This document shows, one piece after another, positions 61,995-64,000 of a stretch of DNA of 64,000 nucleotides (positions are counted from its first letter, which is position 1; each line of letters begins with the position of its first letter). The stretch is from Thermodesulfobacteriota bacterium (GTDB taxonomy: Bacteria; Desulfobacterota; Desulfobacteria; Desulfobacterales; UBA11574): the NCBI GenBank assembly GCA_042573625.1, contig JBHPCZ010000001.1:12859-76858 (forward strand), given 5' to 3'. Under the pieces are notes generated by a model. It was given only the letters and a program-made list of their open reading frames with translations, had not been told where the DNA came from and searched no databases. Made by a program: the position numbers and the translations under genes.

Positions 61995-63383
61995 TTGAAG
62001 AGCGGTCTTTACAGGAAATCAATTAAAATCGTTGCCATGTGGATCCTTTGCTGGCTTTTTCTGTGGCCGCCTGCGCCGGGAATGGCCGAACCGCCGACCG
62101 AAGTCTCCGAACTGAGCCTTTCACAGGCGATTACGACGGCAATCGATAAAAATCCCAACCTGGAAGCCGTGCGCTTTCAGGTTAAGGCATCAGACGAACG
62201 GATCACCCAGGCCAAATCTACGTTTTTCCCCAATGTACAGTTTGTCGAAAACTACAGCCACACCACCAATCCCATGTGGGCATTTGGAACCAAGCTGAAC
62301 CAGGGGGCTATCTCTTCGCCGGATTTCGACCCGAACCAATTGAACGACCCGGACCCCATCGACAACTTTGCTTCCACCCTGTCGGTCTCCTGGCCTTTGT
62401 ACGACAGCGGCCAGACCTGGTACGGCTGGCAACAGGCCAAATTGAATCGCGAAGTGACCGACCTTGTATATTCCCGAACCCGCCAGCAGATCATTGCACG
62501 CACCATAACAGCCTACCTGGAGGTGCTTCTCTCCGATGAAAACCTGAAGGTGCTGGAACAAACTCTTGAGACTGCGCGAATCCATCTAAAGATGGTCAAC
62601 TCACGTTTTGAAAGCGGTTTTGTCGTCAAAAGCGATCTGCTCAGGGCCCGTGTTCACATCGCGGATCTGGAGCAGCAGCGACTTCAGGCCACAAGCCAGA
62701 CGCAGGTCGCCCGGTGCATGTTGAATGTTGCCATGGGAGAACCGGGAGACCGGCGCTATCAATTCACGACACCTCTGGAAAAGGGAGCCGAGGTGCCGGA
62801 CGACCTGGACGTCTGGATTGAAACCGCCCTTTCAAATCGACCGGAGCTGAAACAGCTGGAACAAAAACTGGTCATTGCCCAACAGGAGATCGACAAGTCG
62901 CAGGCCGCCCATCTTCCATCCTTCAGCCTGTTAGGAAACTACGAGGTAAACACGGAGGATTTTCAGGACGGCCACGACAATTACACCGTCGGCGCACTGG
63001 TATCTTTAAATCTTTTTTCCGGCGGCGGCCTTTCCGCCAAAACCGCTGAGGCACGACACGCGCTGGAACAGGTTAAATCCATGAATCAGGCGCTGGCTCA
63101 ACAAATCTGCGGGGAAACGCGCCAGGCTTTTTATAATGTGCGCAGTTCCTGGCAGCGCATCGAGGTGTCCGAAGCTGCGGTCGATCAGGCTGCCGAGTCT
63201 CTGCGCATCGTCCGAAACCGCTACGAAAGCGGCCTCTTTACCATTATTGACCTTCTCGACGCGGAGGTCGTCCTCCAACAGGCGAAAACCAATTATCTAA
63301 AGGCTGTTCACGACCACGAGGCTGCAGCTGTTCAGCTTCTACTGGCAGCAGGCGTTATTAGTGAAAACGGCAGGAGCCGCTGA
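61995..63383 (+). CDS. TolC-family outer-membrane efflux protein
   Basis: Two TolC-type helical repeat halves (LSLSQAITTAIDKNPNLEA..., ALSNRPELKQLE...). The start is uncertain (TTG 61995 or ATG 62037). The ORF-track start at 61755 adds a non-signal extension. Confidence 0.8.
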   Translation: MKSGLYRKSIKIVAMWILCWLFLWPPAPGMAEPPTEVSELSLSQAITTAIDKNPNLEAVRFQVKASDERITQAKSTFFPNVQFVENYSHTTNPMWAFGTKLNQGAISSPDFDPNQLNDPDPIDNFASTLSVSWPLYDSGQTWYGWQQAKLNREVTDLVYSRTRQQIIARTITAYLEVLLSDENLKVLEQTLETARIHLKMVNSRFESGFVVKSDLLRARVHIADLEQQRLQATSQTQVARCMLNVAMGEPGDRRYQFTTPLEKGAEVPDDLDVWIETALSNRPELKQLEQKLVIAQQEIDKSQAAHLPSFSLLGNYEVNTEDFQDGHDNYTVGALVSLNLFSGGGLSAKTAEARHALEQVKSMNQALAQQICGETRQAFYNVRSSWQRIEVSEAAVDQAAESLRIVRNRYESGLFTIIDLLDAEVVLQQAKTNYLKAVHDHEAAAVQLLLAAGVISENGRSR

Positions 63384-63424
63384 AAAACGATATACGATGA
63401 AACAATCAAATTATTGGAGCAACG

Positions 63425-64000
63425 ATGTGCCGAAAAGTGATGTTACGTATCAGTCTGGTGTTATGGATAGGGCTTTTTATTGGATGCGGTGAAAAAATCG
63501 AGCCCGGTACGAACGAACCGGCTTCCGGTCCGGCGGTCAGAGTCACGCTGGCGACGGCCGAGGCATCCAGTCAACCCTTTGTCTACGAAGCTTTGGGAAC
63601 CGTCATCGCCCAGACGACAAGCACCCTTTCCGGTAAAATCATGGGCACCATAAAGGCGGTTAATGTCCAGGTCGGCGACAGCGTTAAGCAGGGAGAGGTG
63701 CTGGTGGTGATCGATAAGCGTCAGGTTACCGCTCAGCTCAGACAGGCGGAAGCGGTTCTGGCGGAAGCCCGAAAGGCGGAGGTCGCCGCCGAATCCGCTC
63801 GCAATGTCGCGAAAGCCGGTGCGCAGCTGGCGGAAGCCACCTACAACCGATATCAGCGCCTCATACGGGAAGAATCGGCCACACGTCAGGAGTTCGAAGA
63901 AGTGGAGGCCCGGTATCAGCAGGCCCAGGCATCCATGGCCCAGGCAGATGCCATGGTCGCGGCGGCCCGATCTCGAGTGGAGCAAGTTAAGGCGGCGGTG
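63425..64000 (+). CDS. efflux RND/ABC periplasmic adaptor (HlyD/MFP family) lipoprotein, 3'-truncated by the window end
   Basis: Hand translation: MCRKVMLRISLVLWIGLFIGCGEK... (lipobox FIGC), then ...GKIMGTIKAVNVQVGDSVKQGEVLVVID and a coiled coil. Absent from the ORF track because there is no stop codon in the window. Confidence 0.8.
   Translation, partial: MCRKVMLRISLVLWIGLFIGCGEKIEPGTNEPASGPAVRVTLATAEASSQPFVYEALGTVIAQTTSTLSGKIMGTIKAVNVQVGDSVKQGEVLVVIDKRQVTAQLRQAEAVLAEARKAEVAAESARNVAKAGAQLAEATYNRYQRLIREESATRQEFEEVEARYQQAQASMAQADAMVAAARSRVEQVKAAV

Overview
All calls come from reading the sequence and the ORF track by eye. No database or HMM search was run, so family names are motif-level recognitions. 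The gene content looks like a Desulfobacterota (deltaproteobacterial sulfate-reducer-like) chromosome. Region 1-19.9 kb is an ordinary, syntenic housekeeping backbone: infC-rpmI-rplT-pheS-pheT, a MerR regulator, tRNA-Gly(CCC), rimP-nusA-infB-DUF503-rbfA-nrnA-like-truB-rpsO-pnp, an M16 peptidase, dut and an MBL hydrolase. The window is accessory-like from about 20 kb onward. (1) 21.5-31.4 kb is the most unusual part. A TonB receptor/YHS/membrane 4Fe-4S operon and a tiny gene for a Gly/Asp/His-rich secreted protein are each flanked by the same roughly 140-bp 5' promoter module and the same roughly 125-bp 3' terminator module. Between the two cassettes lie an ECF sigma/anti-sigma operon with CBM48-like sensor domains and twin divergent ECF-type promoters, further Gly-rich secreted peptides, a conserved 30-nt box, overlapping uORFs, a 21-bp tandem-repeat Arg-rich (DRR) ORF and an XRE/Cys-rich (two-CW-like) regulator. 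(2) 36.9-38.5 kb holds the mercury-methylation pair hgcA-hgcB, with a palindromic candidate operator upstream. (3) 39.0-48.5 kb holds a sigma-54 activator and a textbook -24/-12 promoter driving a tusA/mvhD/hdrA/hdrA/hdrC/hdrB/dsrE/tusA-like sulfur-relay plus heterodisulfide-reductase-like cluster. The cluster is interrupted by a decayed four-helix-bundle (rRNA-IVS-type) element. (4) 53.2-61.0 kb is a minus-strand block: a TIR-TM-14xWD40 protein, a membrane methyltransferase, YdcF, a MurG paralog and a TPR/SLOG-like/class III nucleotide cyclase. It is followed by an IS256-like transposase remnant and a TolC/MFP efflux pair cut by the window end. No rRNA gene, CRISPR array or intact mobile element was seen.
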